Shown: one piece after another, positions 13,607-25,880 of the stretch
Layout: every line of letters starts with the position of its first letter
Position numbering within the stretch: position 1 is the first letter of the stretch
Assembly: GCA_964016885.1 (NCBI GenBank)
Contig: OZ024740.1
Coordinates: forward strand, 59,272,001-59,336,000
Source of the DNA: Eledone cirrhosa
Lineage: Eukaryota
DNA: 64,000 bases
Direction of reading: 5' to 3'
Translations under genes and position numbers: made by a program
Notes under the pieces: generated by a model
Seen by the model: only the letters and a program-made list of their open reading frames with translations
What the model was told of the DNA's origin: nothing
The model's database searches: none

Positions 13607-15370
13607 ATAAATCACTTCAATTCCAATAAAATGGCAATAAATGAAGATAATTTAGTAATCTACCTACCTTATCTTTGTCTCTCATCGACCCTTTACCAAG
13701 TATAGACATTTTTGTCATTGTCTCTTCTTGTAATCTTTTTAAAGAATTACCTTTTGGTCCTAATAATTTCCCCACAAAATTGAACTGAGGAGTATAAAAA
13801 ACAAAACCAAACGAAAAAATATTACATTGGTTTCAATATGAATGAATGAATGATTAATGAGAAATCTCTACATTCGACAAAAGGAAATTATTGCTAAATA
13901 CCTAATAAAGACAACAATCCATAAAATCATTTACTAAAATATTGCCATCTTACTGACTTGCCCCAACTTATGTTTAAATCAAATGAACATAAAAATGTTA
14001 ACTCTAAACCCTGGTCCTATGGTATAATAAAATCATTTATTTTAAAGTGTTCAGAATATAAATTTAAACGATTCATCAAAATTCTATGCAAGAAATCTTT
14101 ATCAAGTTGTGTTTCAAATACTAACTTAATTATGAAAAAGTTTGTTACATTACAAAACACCTAAAAATTCTTTGATTATTTTCAAAATTAATATAAGAAA
14201 TATGGCAATAAAAGGTTCAATGAATGTATAGTAAAACGAAACGAAAAATCAACTACAGCTTGAATATCGAACTAATAGTTACTTTCTATGTATATTTCCA
14301 TATAAATTTCTAATGCCAATATTTTCTAGTTAACCTTTACACTGGGAAAATTTAATTCGTATTTTTTCTCAGATATTATGAAATGATTCTAGCTTTACAT
14401 AAACTAAATTTCTTACGAGTAAATTTTAAACAAAATCCTTAGTCCTACCATCCATCGTTTGACAGCTAAGTTCACAGCATCCGAAGAAATGAAAGAGAAA
14501 CTATGTAAATAGAAATAATACTAGTGTACAGAGGAAAACAAAGATGTGGATGAAAAAATGTCTAAGCAAAATAGTAAAATACCTTGGGAAATTCTTTTAC
14601 GGGAATCTTGATTTTGCATGAATGTTTGTATGGTTTTCCAGTATGTATTTCAAAACATGGTATATTTTTTTCGTCTTTTTGTGAACCAGCTGGTGCATTC
14701 CCTGATTGAACTCTTTCTATTTCTAAAGAATAGATTTCTAATAATCAGATTACAAGTGGTTATCAGGAAATGAAGAAGAAGAATTTCTTTAAAAAAAAAT
14801 TTTAAAAAAAATTAAAAAAAAAAAAAAAAAAAAAAACACACACATTCAAAATATCCAAGGTTTCTATAAATATTTCTTAATTTAAGCTAACAAAAAGTTT
14901 TTAGTCTGCAAGAAATTCACTAACAAACGGAGAAAGTATTTATATAAAACCTATCATAAAGATAAATATATAAAGAAACTTTACAATAAAATAGAGCTTA
15001 CCTGGAATGAGCAACATAGATTAGCAATAAGTTAAAGAGAATCCGATCAAAACACACAGCTTGCTTCAACAGACAAGGAAATAGTGACTGCTTATTTATC
15101 AAGCTCCGTTCAGATGTTGATGTGTAAGTTGGCAGACAATCAATGAAGGTGTGTAAAAGTTTACGTGAGCGGTGATAGCCTAGTGTCAGCATCAAATCTT
15201 GAAAGGCAGGCGTGCGTGATAAGGAAGCTAGTCTATAAAGAGACGAGTAGTGCTTTTCCTCAAGGGTTACACACTTGCAGCCAGCAGCACTGCAAGATTA
15301 CCTCTCCGCTGTAAAATACTGCAGACGCACGCAAGCGGGCATCAACAATACACACTGGCTAACAGGAGCT

Positions 15371-15402
<32 letters not shown>

Positions 15403-17547
15403 CAACACTAGCCTATTGAATTAAAAGGCTGAAGTGTCACATACGGTAGGCTTGTAGAGATTTACATAAAAATTATAACGGAAATAGATTAACCTTTTTA
15501 TTATTATTATTATATTACAACAGTTCTAAATACCGCTAATATAAATATATATGAGGGAGAGAGAGAAGTATCTGCGGACGAGTAATTTAAAAAAATAAAT
15601 AAAATGAATGAATGAACAAAAAGTTAATATTCGCAGTTAGCCACACAGCTTACATATACAATAGTTGGAAGAGACACAGATTTAGAGAGAGAGAGAAGAG
15701 AAGAGAAGAGAGAATGTTGATGCGCTGTATTAACGGCTGGTGATGATCAGTGAATGTACGGAAGGGCTACAACAATAAATAGCATCTCATCGTCATCAGC
15801 AGTGCAGCGACCACCGTGCTGCTGCACACAGCCAGGAAATAGTAGGATTACTATTAACTACAACGGAACGGTGCCGTCAAAAATGACGGATAATATTTTA
15901 ATCACATATTCTTTTAACAATTCGGCTTTTCTTAGATTTTCTTACGATGGAGTTCTTCGATTGTTCAATCTACGTGCTCTCTTTCTTTTTCTCTCTCTCT
16001 CTTACTAGGAAATGAATGAAATTAAATTACATAGAAAAACAATAACTGGAGGAAATTTCCCAGGGATTTCTACATAAAGACCATATAGTAAAGCCATTCG
16101 AGGGGGGGGGGGGGGGTGTGAAACTAACGATGCAATGAACATCTTTTTTATCAATTAAAATCACACTTGTACAGAAATTGAATGCAAATAACTTTTATTA
16201 AATTAAACACTTAAATTTTTTTTAATGCAATTTCAGTAGGAGAAACAGTGCGTTCTCTTAAAAAATTCATCTTTCATCAAATTATTTTATTCATATATTT
16301 GTTCGCCCTTCTCTCCACCACCGCCAAATTAAATTTTTTCCTTCTACAATTTCCTTGTATTTGAAGTAAATATATATATTTATATAAAAACAAAGGACAC
16401 ACGTGGCGGCATTTTATAAGATTCCAGGGGAAATGTATTTATTAAAACGCGTATATGTAATTAAAATGAATCGGTTGCACTTTAAAAAGTGATCGAATAT
16501 ATATATATATACAATGCATCGTCAAAAAGCATTATATCGCTCTTGATTTCCAGGTGTCCATAAAGCAAGGTTGGAGAAACAAGGCATTTCTATAACATTA
16601 GCAGCTTAGGTGACATTCAGTGAACGATTGACTGTCGGTCAATGCTTTTCGTTGATTGATAAAGTACACAAGCTAAGCTAGCGCAACACACAAGAGATAA
16701 ATCTAGGGAAGAAGCACTGGGAGACGACAGACAGCAACTGCTATGACAGTTATAGCAGCGGAGAACCGCCACATTTCTCAAAAACAACATTCTTCCAAAA
16801 TATTTTAGCAAATAAGTCAGCCATTTTAGAAAATTTTAGACAGAGACACAGTAAAAGGAATTTTATTTTATCTTTTTAATAAATATAAACACAAGGCAAG
16901 TGGGTATAAAAAAAAACATAAAACAGGGAAGCAGATAAAAAGAGCTAAATGAACAAAACTGGGTTATGATAGCCATGTGCGAGATAACGAGATCGGTCGT
17001 GTTTACTGCATGTTCTGGCAGAATTCGTTAAAGAAAAATGTTCAAATTTGTGATTTATTTAGTCAATATTGAAGACAACATGTACGAAGGTGATAACTTA
17101 AAATAAGATGGAGACTGGGTCACGCCGATCGGGAAACAGCATGACTGAAACAACGCTGTAGTTAATGTGCATTGATGAATAAAGTCTATTTACATCATAT
17201 CTTAATCAACAAAGGATTTTCGATCTTTTCAAATTAATATCTGTTATTGATCATAGAATAAACTGGAGAAAACCTGCCAGAACAATCTATTTCATCTACT
17301 ATCAGTTAGAACATAAATGAAATGACAAGCAGTATACCGGTAAAATATGGCCGACATCAGTCTCATACAAGCAATATGGACTATTATAACACTATCTATT
17401 ACATAAAAAGATATAATATTTACACGTACCTTCTGTTATTAATCGAGCAGCATGAGAAGAAGGAGAAAGTGATGTAACTTCTGCTTGAAGTTCATCAAGA
17501 TATGTATTGTTTTGCATCTGTTGTTGAGCGTCTTCTTCAACCATCAT
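8124..17547 (-). CDS. KHDRBS3: STAR/GSG-family KH-domain RNA-binding protein (Sam68/SLM type), 9 coding exons, 1104 nt, 367 aa; join(17547..17430,14722..14583,13784..13668,13332..13189,13076..12901,12761..12602,12118..12036,9247..9195,8236..8124)
   Basis: Manual splicing gives one open frame with GT-AG introns and matching phases: QUA1 ([30 protein letters not shown]), KH ([45 protein letters not shown]...[12 protein letters not shown]), QUA2 ([19 protein letters not shown]), RG/P-rich region, Tyr-rich tail, PY-NLS (YRSHPY). From memory closest to SLM2/KHDRBS3, but probably a single pro-orthologue of KHDRBS1/2/3. Confidence 0.95.
9195..9247 (-). CDS. KHDRBS3: KHDRBS exon 8 ([17 protein letters not shown])
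   Basis: YYDYG motif as in Sam68/SLM, acceptor TTTCTTAG, donor ATG|GTAAGT. Confidence 0.93.
9661..10130 (-). mobile_element. Two tandem tRNA-derived SINEs (octopus OR-like family) in KHDRBS intron 7
   Basis: 9661-9880 and 9944-10130; A box TGGCAGTATCGG, B box GAGTTCAAATCC, core GCCTTTCATCCTTACGGGGTCGATAAAATAAAGTACCAG. Confidence 0.85.
11244..11733. mobile_element. Two piggyBac-like MITE family 2 copies
   Basis: 11244-11437 and about 11509-11733; TTAA-CCCTTTT..TACC / GGTA..AAAGGG-TTAA; another copy about 49307-49535. Confidence 0.7.
12036..12118 (-). CDS. KHDRBS3: KHDRBS exon 7 ([27 protein letters not shown]), Tyr-rich
   Basis: Acceptor TTTCTACAG, donor GT|GTAAGT, phase 2 matches next exon. 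Confidence 0.92.
12602..12761 (-). CDS. KHDRBS3: KHDRBS exon 6 (RG/Pro-rich)
   Basis: Acceptor TTTTCATCAG, donor TAT|GTTAGT, within ORF 12506..12832. Confidence 0.93.
12901..13076 (-). CDS. KHDRBS3: KHDRBS exon 5 ([21 protein letters not shown]...RGGPAG)
   Basis: QUA2 plus RG repeats, acceptor TTTTGCAG, donor CAG|GTACTG, within ORF 12894..13100. Confidence 0.95.
13189..13332 (-). CDS. KHDRBS3: KHDRBS exon 4 ([24 protein letters not shown]...KYLIP)
   Basis: STAR KH C-terminal half, acceptor CATAG, donor CCG|GTGAGC, 144 nt. Confidence 0.97.
13668..13784 (-). CDS. KHDRBS3: KHDRBS exon 3 ([39 protein letters not shown])
   Basis: KH GxxG loop, acceptor CTCAG, donor AAG|GTAGGT, 117 nt. Confidence 0.97.
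14583..14722 (-). CDS. KHDRBS3: KHDRBS exon 2 (EIERVQSG...[11 protein letters not shown])
   Basis: Acceptor TTCTTTAG, donor AAG|GTATTT, 140 nt, start of KH domain. Confidence 0.95.
17430..17547 (-). CDS. KHDRBS3: KHDRBS exon 1 ([39 protein letters not shown]), QUA1
   Basis: ATGATG start, QUA1 motif, donor AAG|GTACGT, phase 1. Confidence 0.9.
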
Positions 17548-17784
17548 TGCAAATATATGTACTAGTAAGCCGAAGGAGTATAACACACTACTTCTGTAAC
17601 GCTTTGTTGTAGTAATTTATATATCCGAATTACAGCCACAGTAAGCTGTCGCGAGTGTATAAAATCCGTTATCATTTAGTATATACAGAGAAGCTATTGT
17701 AAGTAAACAATTCTAATTTTGCTTTTTATTTTATAAACAACATTATAGTCTTAGTGCTGCTAATTATTTTGATAAAATGATTAA

Positions 17785-17910
17785 AGTTAAATGGCGAATG
17801 AATACACTGACTTTTTTCCCGCCATTTCCAGAGCACGATTCTTGCATTGCTAAGTGTAAATAGGGAACCCGTGGTAGGGAAAAGGTTCAAATGAAACCGC
17901 CATCTTCTGT
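17785..17910 (-). promoter_or_regulatory. Probable KHDRBS promoter/TSS region with clustered YY1-like motifs
   Basis: CCGCCATCTT near 17897, CCGCCATTT near 17819 and AAATGGCG near 17789, 240-360 bp upstream of the ATG in repeat-free DNA. Confidence 0.5.
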
Positions 17911-18689
17911 GTTTATTTAACTATAGAAATATCTTTTATTTAATAAAAACAAATTTGCAATGACCTTATCAGGAAATGAATGAATAAATTATTAGTAGTA
18001 GTCATTTTGTAAATAAAATGTTCTTTGTTTATATTGTGATTTGTAAAAATGAGGATTCATAAGATAATAACATTTTCCTGTGTTTGAATTTATCCCAATA
18101 AAATATTAAAGGGATTCTTTTTTTTTTCTTAATTACCAACTATATGGGAAATTTCAATTCTTTCTTAGATGAAGAATATACAATTATACAAAGATAACAA
18201 GTAGTAAAAAAATTTTGGAAACTAAACAGGTTTCCACATTTAGCTGCAAGGGAAAAAAATAAAACTGAAAATAGAAATTGTTTATTTATCATCTAGTCTT
18301 TTATTCTTTTCTTTTCTTTTTTGAATTCTTGCTTTGTGTTTATTCTAAGGTAAATGGAAAGAAGACAGGAGATGAAATGTTGTCTGCAAAATGAATGTAA
18401 AATGAACTGCAACTATTAAGAGTAGTTAGTGGTAGTCTTGTGGCAGCATTTAATGTCAACTTGTGCATTTGATGGTAAGTTGCGGTGCTATATATTATTC
18501 AGAGGCATTACAATAAAGATAAATAAATACAAATTAAAAGAAAATATTATTCAGTAGCAACAACAATTTATAAGTTTTTACCAGTTCTCTACTGGGAAAG
18601 AAAATTCAACTTTCCAATTCTCTGTTATTACATCACAGTAATACTTTAAACTGTTTCTAAATGATACATGGCCATACTTACAAAAAACA

Positions 18690-18846
18690 CATCCTATGTC
18701 TTGCCAGATTAACTGGAGATTAATTGGAGATAGTTGCTCTCGACTGGATCTCCTGGAAGGTGTGCTTGAGGACTCTGCCACCATGATCCTCCCACCCCCA
18801 AGAATAAGTGTGTAAAGAAGACCAAAATGTTGGCTGTGATGAAGAA
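18690..18846 (+). mobile_element. RTE-clade LINE 3' remnant
   Basis: Similar to the 3' ends at 43550-43635 and 48660-48750. Confidence 0.5.
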
Positions 18847-20354
18847 GTCTACTTCTTTGCAACTATGCATATTTGAGTGAAATGTTACAGTGTGGCACTT
18901 TGAGCAAGTGACTTCTACTACAGCCTCAGGTCAATCAAAGATTTGAGAGTAAAATCTAGGAGAGGAAAATTGTGAGGAAGACTATCATAGGGGCCATTCC
19001 TGTTCATAAAATAAATGTAGTAGAATACACTCTGCAAGTATTTCAGCCAGCATTTCTCAAACTAGAGAATAACTTTATCCCTTCTTATCATGAACACTTC
19101 TCTTTTTCCTTTAAATAAATCATGTAAACTCCATATGTGAAGAGAAGCCTGTGGGTATGGTATGGTGTGTGGTGGCCAGAAGCTGGGGAGTGCTCGACCG
19201 GAAGAGTGCTTGGCCGGAAGGGTGCTTGGCCGGAAGGGTGCTCAACCAGAAGGGCCAGCAGATCGGCCTCTCTCTAGTGGTGACCAGCAACGGTGTGGAC
19301 GCGAGTTTGGCAGCTCCCGGGTGTTAATGAGTTGGACGCACGTGGAAGAGGAGAAACCAGCCATGGGATTTAGCGGCGCCTATGAAAAGCGGTAAGTGAG
19401 ATAGCTTTTTCTAACCACAAAGCCCTCAGAAATTATCAAGTACAGGACTGGACTAACCAATAAGCGAAATGAAGCTTGATTGTATTTTTCATAAAAAAAA
19501 TTTTTTTTTGCAAATTTATATGTGGTGGGCACCATAATCTTTTAAATGCTTAGGGTATGAAAAGGACTATTAATATATTTGGAACAAGACAAAAAGTTCT
19601 TATGTAAGATGATGAGAGGCAGTTTTAATTTAAATATGAAAACTTTAAAATGGGAAGTTTTGTATGCTAGAACCAAAAGCAGTCTTGGGCAGGCTGGCAG
19701 AAAAAGGGATAATGATATTCAATTTTTAAAGATTATTTTAGCATTATTTCAACATATTTATTACAGATAATAGCAAACGTGGACAGAAATTTACAGTTTC
19801 CAAAATCAGTGCCATACTTTTCAGAATTCAAATTATCATCATCATCATAGTTTTACGCCAGCTTTTTTCTGCTGGCATGGCTTAGACGGGACTTTTTGAA
19901 ACAGTTCTCCTATGAATAGATGCCCTTTCTGACACCAACCCATAATCTATTTTTAAGTATGATATATACTGCCTGTTTTCTCAAATTTTTATGCAGTGGG
20001 GTGTATTACTTTTGCAGGGCATAAACAAACATCACCACTTACTTTAAATTATATCAATATGAAGACATACTGACACACACACACACATATATGCATATAT
20101 GATAAACTGCCTCACAGATTCTGTCTAACAAATTCACTCAGAAAGTATTGGTTGGCCTAAAGAGCCACACAATGGAATGGAACATGAAACCATGTGGTTG
20201 TGAAGCAAACTTCTGTGCCTAAAGGGATCATCATCATCATCATCATCATCATTTTACGTCCGCTTTTCCCTGCTTGCAACGAAAATAAACCACATCATTC
20301 TACCAACTCAAATTACAAAGAGAGAAAAAAACATTCATTGCTATTATTATTATT

Positions 20355-21560
20355 TGCCTTTCATCCTTACAGGGTCGAGAAAATAAAGTACCAGTAATGC
20401 ACTGAGTAATTGCTGGCCTTGTGCCTAAAGTAGAAACAATTATTATTGTAATCATTAGCAGGAAAGTATCAGACAAATGTTTAGCAGAATTTGTTCTGAC
20501 TGTTTACATTCTGAGTTCAAATCCTGTTAAAGTGAACTTTCTCTTTCATCCTTCCATGGTTGATAAAATAAAGTACCAGTAATGCACTGAGGTCGATTTA
20601 ATCAACTTTCCCCTTCTCTTCAAAATTGCTGGCCTTGTGCCGAATGTAGAAATAATTCTTATTAACAGATCCAAAATTGTCTTTTATATCTAGAAAAGTC
20701 AGAAGGACTATTGGTAGAGGGTGGGCAAAATGTTATGTGGTATTTAGTTATGTCTTTCTACATTCTGAGTTCAAATCCCACCAAGGTCAACTTTGTCTTT
20801 GACCCTTCCAAGTGTGTTAAAATAAAGTACCATTTAAGTACTGGGGTTAATATAATCAACTTTGTTATTCCTCAAATTGCTGGCATTGTGATAATGCTAG
20901 AAAAATTATTACATTTAGCAAGTTGGATATTTTTAAATAATAATAATAAATGTTTCTACTTTTGGCACAAGGCCAGCAATTACCCCAGTGCATTACTGGT
21001 ACTTTATTTTTCAACCCTCGGAAGGATGAAAGGCAAAGTTAACCTTGGTGGGATTTGAACTGAGACCGTAAAGGGCATAATAATAATCCTGCAGAAAATA
21101 CTGTCTATCTGAGGTTACATAACTTGATAGGGAGTCAATTACATGACCCAGTGTTAATAAGATCATCACTGTGTAAATTAATAATATTTAAGCACCAGAC
21201 ACTATGCTGCTGCTCTGAAAAGGCTTAATGAGAGTAAAACATGCAGGACATTGGCACAAAGGCTACTCAAGATCAAACTCATTCCCTTCCCTCTCTGTAT
21301 GTCTCTATTTAATTTTAGGAGTTCTCTCCTTAGCCCCTTTGGAGGATAATTATTATTAATGCTAATGACTTCTGTGAACTGGCAGTATCAGTAGAGGGTC
21401 GGACGCCATGCTTTCTAGCATAGTTACGTCCCTTTACGGTCAGAGTTCAAATCCCATCGAGGTTAACTTTGCCTTTCATCCTTACGGGGGGTCGATAAAA
21501 TAAAGTACCAGTAATGTACTGGGTAATTGAGGGCCTTGTGCCAAATGTAGAAACAATTAT
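20355..21560. mobile_element. Cluster of five OR-like SINE copies in both orientations
   Basis: About 20355-20445 (+), 20455-20660 (+), 20710-20910 (+), 20951-21080 (-), 21378-21560 (+); shared core and ttgctggccttgtgcc..aagtagaaac tail. Confidence 0.8.
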
Positions 21561-22589
21561 TGTTATAATTACAATTGATAAAAAACTGTTTTCAGCTCAC
21601 CACATTAAGTATGGGCTTACTATAATTTTTCTATAGAAGGCACTCTTTGAGAATATTGAAATGTCATATACTGTTTTACTAATTCGAACATAGGGCTGCA
21701 GCCCTGCCGGGGCAACTGCTATGAAGGGATTTAGTCAATTACAGGGCCTATGAGTTGATGTACTTTGTTCTGGTGCCCAAGAGATAAGAAGGCCCCACAG
21801 TAACCATGCAACATCCATTTTGAGAAAACTTTTTGCTTGCTTCAGGCCCCAAAGGAGTCTTGTACCACCTTGCAAGATTCTCTTGGAGGCCTTGGTCAAT
21901 TATAAAGACTATAGTATTTAGCCTAGTACTCTATTAATTGAACAGAGAGTTACTTACCTTTAGTAATATATTCATACACATACATACACACACATACATT
22001 CTTTTATTGGTTTCAGTCATTAAAATGCTGCCATGCTATGACAGCATTTTAAAAGGATTTATTTAATCATATCAACCATATGCTTTTCAATCCTGGGACT
22101 TATTGTATGTATTTCTTTTTGTAAAACTGCTGCAAACATATAGGGACATGCATATAGATATACACACACACAGGGTATCTCAGTTGGTAAGAGTGCTGAA
22201 TCTTGTAGCTTACAAGCTGTAGTTAGAGGTTCGATTCTGGTCTGAGATTATAGAATTAATTTAGTCCTACCCATTGCTTGGAAAATGGACGTTAAATGAT
22301 GATGTTGATGATGTAGACATATATACAATTGGCTTCTGTCATGTCTGTGAACCAAATTTCACCCACAAAGCATTGGTCAACCAAAATTATAGTAAAAGAC
22401 GATGGGTGTGAATTGTAACCATGTGATTGTGAAGCAAACTCCCTAACCACACAGTCATGTGTAGTTATGGAGCTTGCTCTATAGAGTTCTTACTTGAAAT
22501 TAAAATTTCTTTTAAAAAATTAGATCTATATATATATATATAGATCAACACACACACACATATATTTATACACACACACATATATTTAT

Positions 22590-22640
<51 letters not shown>

Positions 22641-22645
22641 TTTGT

Positions 22646-22690
<45 letters not shown>

Positions 22691-22727
22691 ATATATAAGA
22701 TCAAAAGATGGTTAAAAGAGTTCCATG

Positions 22728-22798
22728 TATTTTATTATGCACATTTCAAAAACAAATATCATCATGCAATAACATTTGTGTTTTCATCAGATAAAATA
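22728..22798 (-). ncRNA. Type I hammerhead ribozyme motif with intact core
   Basis: Minus strand: stem I UAUUUUAU / CUGAUGA / 16-bp stem II (one mismatch, GCAU loop) / GAAA / U-GUGC-A / UA cleavage site / AUAAAAUA. Confidence 0.7.
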
Positions 22799-22992
22799 GG
22801 AAGACATGATATGAAGGTTAAAAAACACTTGTGAATAGTGCAGTTTTCTTTTGATCTTATATATTATGTATACTCCAGTCCTACAAACTGTAGAGTGCTT
22901 CTTATCCGATATCTGCATTGCTTTATTGTACTACAATAAAACTCACCTCCTACATATATATATATATCTACATACATACATATATGTATATG

Positions 22993-23038
<46 letters not shown>

Positions 23039-23173
23039 CATACATATATGTATATATATATATATGTAATCTGAGATTTTCAAATAATAATAATATTAGA
23101 TTCGTTTGCAATTATGCAAACAGCCTCTTTTTTAAGCCACGTCAGTAGAATGACCCGTCATTCTTGCTCTTGT

Positions 23174-23210
<37 letters not shown>

Positions 23211-24471
23211 TATAAAGTGAAATGACAGGAGGCCAAATATGATGAATTTCATTAATTATTTATTTCTGCAAACACTATGCACATTTCAGTGGCCAGGTTG
23301 TGTAATAACCAGGTGACATCTTCAGGTGTAAATTGTGTAATAGACGTATATGAACAGAATGATGGTAAACTTTAAGGAAACAAACGAAAAAAAAAATTGT
23401 GTGTTTCTGATTTTGAGCCAGAGATGAATGAAGCAGCATGCCACAACACTTCCTCTCCATCTCTGACGAGGTTCATGCTGCCAATAAAAACACATGCACC
23501 TGTTGGTTTTCACTTCAATTTAAAACAAAATTCCAGTTGGTTGGTTTAATAACCCGATAGTTGTATTTTTATTGTCAAAGCTCTTTTGTCACATATTCTG
23601 TGACCTCCTCATTGACTAATATGTTATTTTGTATCCCTACTTTGTTCTGTCTTACACCATCTTGTTTTTGGGTGTTGTATGCTGTGTATTTAGTTTGTGC
23701 ATGCATTATATATGTGTGTGTGTGTTTTTATTTATTTATTCATACGTTTATTTACTTGTCACTAGTTGAATGCTTGTTCTATCTGTGTGTGCCTGGTTTG
23801 TTTTATTAGTTTAGTTCTTGTGTCTTTGTATGTCTTTATCTTCTCCTTAATTACTACTCATATTTTCTGCTTAATTTTAAAATTATAAATTAAACTGAAA
23901 ACATGAGTGGAATAACAAAAACATCACAACTAGTAATTAAGGGTAAGATAACTGTGCTATAACTCTTTCCATCACTCTGATAACTTGGTCCATTAGTTTT
24001 ATTCTGCTATAGTTGTTCCTTTCTAAAACATCACCTTTGCCCTTGAAACAATTTATGGTTGTACTGTTGTACCAGTCATTGTGTATTACTTGATTGACTA
24101 TACAAGTCATGTATTACTTGATTGACTATACAAGTTACCAGTTCGACTTTTAGCATCCCAGCAATTATCTCTGATGGTCTCGCAACTTTATCATTCTTCA
24201 TCTCCTTATATATACACTTATATACACTTATATATATATATATATATATATATATACAAATAAAGATTCAGCGATAATCGCATTTTCGGCAATCCTGTCT
24301 CTATTTTTGTACTCCTGAGGAAGAGCTAAAGCCCGACATGTCAAACTTTCTTTTCCCTTTTCCATATAAAGTGTGAAACTAATAAGACTTTTTCTACCTC
24401 TGTTTGTTGTTTCTTGAACACACACACATATATATATATATATATATGCTCAACTCAATATTATATATATA

Positions 24472-25211
24472 TCTATCTAAAACAGAGAATGTCTGTCCCC
24501 CTAAAACTCGAGAACCACCCAACCGATTTTTTTCAAACTTTACATATGTAATACGTATGGTTGTGTGAGTGTTTTGAGCAAACAATATTTCAAATTTTCA
24601 ATGCCCTAGGGACCGCATTTGGTCGAAAAACCGCATATTTTATGCTTTAAAGGCTTTTTTGGGACATAACGGAACAATAATCCAGGTGATTTCTTCAAAA
24701 TTTGTATTACTTATCTTGTTTAAAGTGTTTTGAGCAAAAAAGATTTTCTCATTTTTTGCCCCAGCGACTGCATTAGGCGAAAAATCGATGTTTTAAAGCA
24801 TTTTGGTTGCGTTAGGACCTGTAACTCGAGAAGTACCCAACTGATTTTTTAAAAACTTTGTATATCCATTACTTTGTTTCATAAATTTTCTTGATTGAAA
24901 AAGATTTCAAATTTTTGCCCGGGGACCGCATTGTTAACATTTTGCGTTAGGGCCTGTAACCTTAAAAGTATCCAACTAAATTCCTTCATGCTCTCAACCA
25001 CTGCAGTACCACATGCTTACTGCTCTGTAACTATTGCACCCAATTAAGTTAAACCCCTGGTAATCTACAACAAATTTTTTTTATAAGCACAAATTGTAGA
25101 TACCATCCCCGGGCCGAGGTATTCCGTACTTCTCTGTACTGTTTCAGAAAGGAGAAATAGACATGCCAATCTATGTTTAGAATCCCGAGCAACACCGGGC
25201 CATTCTGCTAG
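24472..25211 (+). mobile_element. Non-autonomous Helitron-like element, full length
   Basis: A|TC 5' end, subterminal hairpin CCCGAGCAACACCGGG, CTAG|T 3' end, internal subrepeats, homologous to 92-707. Confidence 0.75.
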
Positions 25212-25220
25212 TATATGTAT

Positions 25221-25683
25221 AAACAAATAGTAGAAAGGAAATAGATTTTTTCAGTAGAAAATGCTGAAGAGATTCTTTCAGTATAATATCAAAACATTTA
25301 TTTATAAAGCGGATATTTCCACATTTAATAATGGTACCAATTTCAGCATTATATTCTTTTTCAACTGCGGATATGCATAATGTAGTTATGTTGCATATTT
25401 AACAGAGAACAAAGGACAAACAATGGACAGAGATATGAACTCTCCTCTCTAAATATGTATATAAAAACTAATAATTTCTCTTCCCTTTTTTATTATTTGT
25501 ATAAATATGCAACATAACTACATTATGCATATCTGCAGTTGAAAAAGAATATAATGCTGAAATTGGTACCATTATTAAATGTGGAAATATCCGCTTTATA
25601 AATAAATGTTTTGATATTATACTGAAAGAATCTCTTCAGCATTTTCTACTGAAAAAATCTTTTTCCTCTCTACTATTTGTTTT
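25221..25683. repeat. Fold-back inverted repeat, about 180-bp arms, about 100-bp spacer
   Basis: 25221-25400 is the near-perfect reverse complement of 25504-25683. Confidence 0.9.
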
Positions 25684-25720
25684 TATATATATCAACTAGT
25701 GTGTTACTTTTCTTCATTCC

Positions 25721-25810
<90 letters not shown>

Positions 25811-25880
25811 ATGTGTGTGTATATGTGTGTGTGTTTGAACAATAAAAACAGAAGTCAAGTGTAGGTAGAGAGTTAGTTCA

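Noticed and set aside
19190-19253. Short direct repeats as a CRISPR-like array
   Set aside because: Contiguous tandem units without spacers in an animal genome.
23290-23364. Plus-strand 75-nt exon candidate
   Set aside because: Weak acceptor, no partner exons, and it lies in the likely 3' UTR of the minus-strand candidate.
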